DNA of 32,000 nt from an uncultured Sulfuricella sp. (GTDB lineage Bacteria > Pseudomonadota > Gammaproteobacteria > Burkholderiales > Sulfuricellaceae): the NCBI GenBank assembly GCA_964351305.1, contig CAYGNO010000001.1, positions 5,332 through 37,331 of the forward strand, in the 5' to 3' direction. The notes beneath the pieces are model-generated. The model was not told where the DNA came from. It saw only the letters and a list, made by a program, of their open reading frames with translations, and searched no databases. Both the position numbers and the translations under genes were made by a program. Below are positions 30,876 through 32,000 of the stretch, one piece after another (positions within the stretch are counted from its first letter, which is position 1; each line of letters starts with the position of its first letter).

Positions 30876-31577
30876 TTACTCCTTGCCGCAGCAACCGCAG
30901 CAGGATTCGGCGCTGCCCAGCCAGCCCTCCACCGCGCCCTTGCCCGGCACACCGCCGGCATGCACCACCTTGCCGTCGATCACCACGCCCGGCGTCGACA
31001 TCACGCCGTAGCCAAGGATGGCTGCCATGTCTTCCACCTTTTCCAGCCGAATTTCCACGCCCTTGGCCTTGGCGGTTTCCTCGATCAGTTTCATGGTCGC
31101 GTTGCAGTTGGCACAGCCTGTGCCCAATACTTTGATGTTCTTCATTGACTTACTCTCCATTTTCAGCGCCGCATGTGCGGCTTCCCGGATCAAAGCTTCC
31201 GGTATAGCCTCGTAAACCGTGCCGTTGACTTCCACGGCACGGCAGTTCACCTCTTCTCCCACCAGCTCGCAGCACGACTGGCAGTGGGTTTCCGTCACCT
31301 GCGCGCCCAACCAGTCCTCCAAGGGCTTGCCGTTAAACAGGAGGAGATTGGATTGCGTCAGCGCTTCCGGCCCCAGGGGCGTTTCGCGGAACGTCACCAC
31401 CACGCCCTCCCGGCCCAGTTCGGCGGACAGGCCCTGCAGCACCTGGCGCAACGTTTCGCCGGTGCTGTCGCAGCGCTCGCAGGTATTACCTTGCTGCACC
31501 AGGTGGCGCCATTCAATCTCCAGCGTGGCGGGGCGTTTCAGCAACACGATTTCCCGCCTGCCGTCGGCGTGCAGCAT
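30876..31577 (-). CDS. In-frame fusion of a DUF2703-like domain and a thioredoxin_3-type 'redox-active disulfide protein 2' domain with a Cys-rich tail
   Basis: Single frame with no stop. The N-terminal part reads ...LEIEWRHLVQQGNTCERCDSTGETL...THCQSCCELVGEEVNC... The C-terminal part reads MKNIKVLGTGCANCNATMKLIEE...STPGVVIDGKVVHAG...SAESCCGCCGKE. Candidate starts are ATG 31577 (GGAGGG SD), GTG 31547 and ATG 31634. An internal ATG at 31145 keeps its own GGAGAG SD. Confidence 0.65.
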   Translation of the reverse strand: MLHADGRREIVLLKRPATLEIEWRHLVQQGNTCERCDSTGETLRQVLQGLSAELGREGVVVTFRETPLGPEALTQSNLLLFNGKPLEDWLGAQVTETHCQSCCELVGEEVNCRAVEVNGTVYEAIPEALIREAAHAALKMESKSMKNIKVLGTGCANCNATMKLIEETAKAKGVEIRLEKVEDMAAILGYGVMSTPGVVIDGKVVHAGGVPGKGAVEGWLGSAESCCGCCGKE

Positions 31578-31840
31578 ACGCCCTCCGCGATGGGAATGGC
31601 GGACAGTTTCGCCTTGGCGCCTTCCTTCCTGCATGCTTCATCAAAGCTGGCGTCCAGAGAATCCCCCGCCTCATCGCGGATGTGGCGGGCGATTTCGACC
31701 ACCGCGTCGATCTGCTCCTGCGCCACGCCATACTGTTTCAGCTTGTCGATCTGGCACAAACCCTGTTTGGGGTGGTTGGCGGCGATGTTTGCCGCCAGTG
31801 AAACCAGGGCCACGATGGAAGGATGCAAATCCGTGCTCAT
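31538..31840 (-). CDS. Small AhpD/carboxymuconolactone-decarboxylase-like protein with CC...CC C-terminal tail (tentative family)
   Basis: Track ORF trimmed to the ATG at 31840, which forms an ATGA-type overlap with the upstream permease stop. A GAGAGG SD is present. MSTDLHPSIVALVSLAANIAANHPKQGLCQIDKLKQYGVAQEQIDAVVEIARHIRDEA... ends in GVCCTPTAGGKSCC. Confidence 0.55.
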   Translation of the reverse strand: MSTDLHPSIVALVSLAANIAANHPKQGLCQIDKLKQYGVAQEQIDAVVEIARHIRDEAGDSLDASFDEACRKEGAKAKLSAIPIAEGVCCTPTAGGKSCC

Positions 31841-32000
31841 ATAAAACCTCTCAATTGATTGAACAACATGCCGACGATGACGAAGGCGGTGGCGAGATAA
31901 CCGGCGAACAGCGCCAGCAGCGGCCATTTTACTACCTTGCGCAGGATCAGCATCTCCGGCAGGGACAGCGCCACCACCGCCATCATGAAGGCCAGCACCG
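31837..32000 (-). CDS. Partial (C-terminal 53 codons) ArsP/DUF318-type permease
   Basis: Hand-translated from the window edge: VLAFMMAVVALSLPEMLILRKVVKWPLLALFAGYLATAFVIVGMLFNQLRGFI*. The SLPEM-ILRKV motif is typical of this permease family, which commonly sits next to thioredoxin_3 genes in ArsR-type operons. Confidence 0.55.
   Translation of the reverse strand, partial: VLAFMMAVVALSLPEMLILRKVVKWPLLALFAGYLATAFVIVGMLFNQLRGFI

Noticed and set aside
1-32000. Searched by eye for tRNA/rRNA, CRISPR repeats, IS elements, integrases, toxin-antitoxin or defence genes, and island-border direct repeats
   Set aside because: None were found. Intergenic gaps are short (at most about 370 bp) and contain only promoters, hairpins and the single inverted-repeat element. 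The 'site-specific recombinase' family gene at the left edge looks like a membrane protein, not a mobility gene.

Overview
This is a high-GC, proteobacterial-looking chromosomal segment. It is almost fully coding and almost all genes lie on the minus strand. I see no rRNA, tRNA, CRISPR array, transposase, integrase or phage gene. All product calls are by-eye motif recognition; no searches were run.

The content is dominated by osmotic, ionic and membrane-stress functions. From left to right:
- a partial membrane protein of the family usually annotated 'recombinase'
- a tandem-domain Usp
- a lipoprotein plus ceramidase-like membrane protein pair
- an NfeD-stomatin pair
- a MarR-headed operon for a glucosylglycerate-type compatible solute: galU, a HAD phosphatase::glycerate kinase fusion, an unassigned GT-A glycosyltransferase, a TM-helix-repeat membrane protein, a GT81 GpgS-like synthase, and an LEA-like lipoprotein
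- a 2TM/2xRCK cation channel with a small membrane partner (plus strand)
- an MscS channel lying directly behind a fructokinase / sucrose-phosphate synthase / sucrose synthase operon
- a CBS-CBS-ArsB/NhaD permease operon next to an NhaR-like LysR regulator
- a metal(loid)/thiol-redox block: CDF exporter, periplasmic thioredoxin-fold::DsbD-like membrane protein, methyltransferase, LMW-PTP-type ArsC, DUF2703::thioredoxin fusion, Cys-tailed AhpD-like protein, and a partial ArsP-like permease

The best candidate for something undescribed is the glucosylglycerate-type operon at 6.6-14.3 kb. It carries three components that are not part of the described GG/MG/MGG pathways as I know them: a second glycosyltransferase, a kinase fused to the phosphatase, and an MscS-type TM-helix membrane protein between the two glycosyltransferases.

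Its marR promoter region shares a 33-nt block (24/33 identical, same spacing, TTGTACAA palindrome core) with the promoter region of the sucrose operon 9 kb away. That suggests one regulator coordinates two compatible-solute systems, each of which is paired with a mechanosensitive-type membrane protein.
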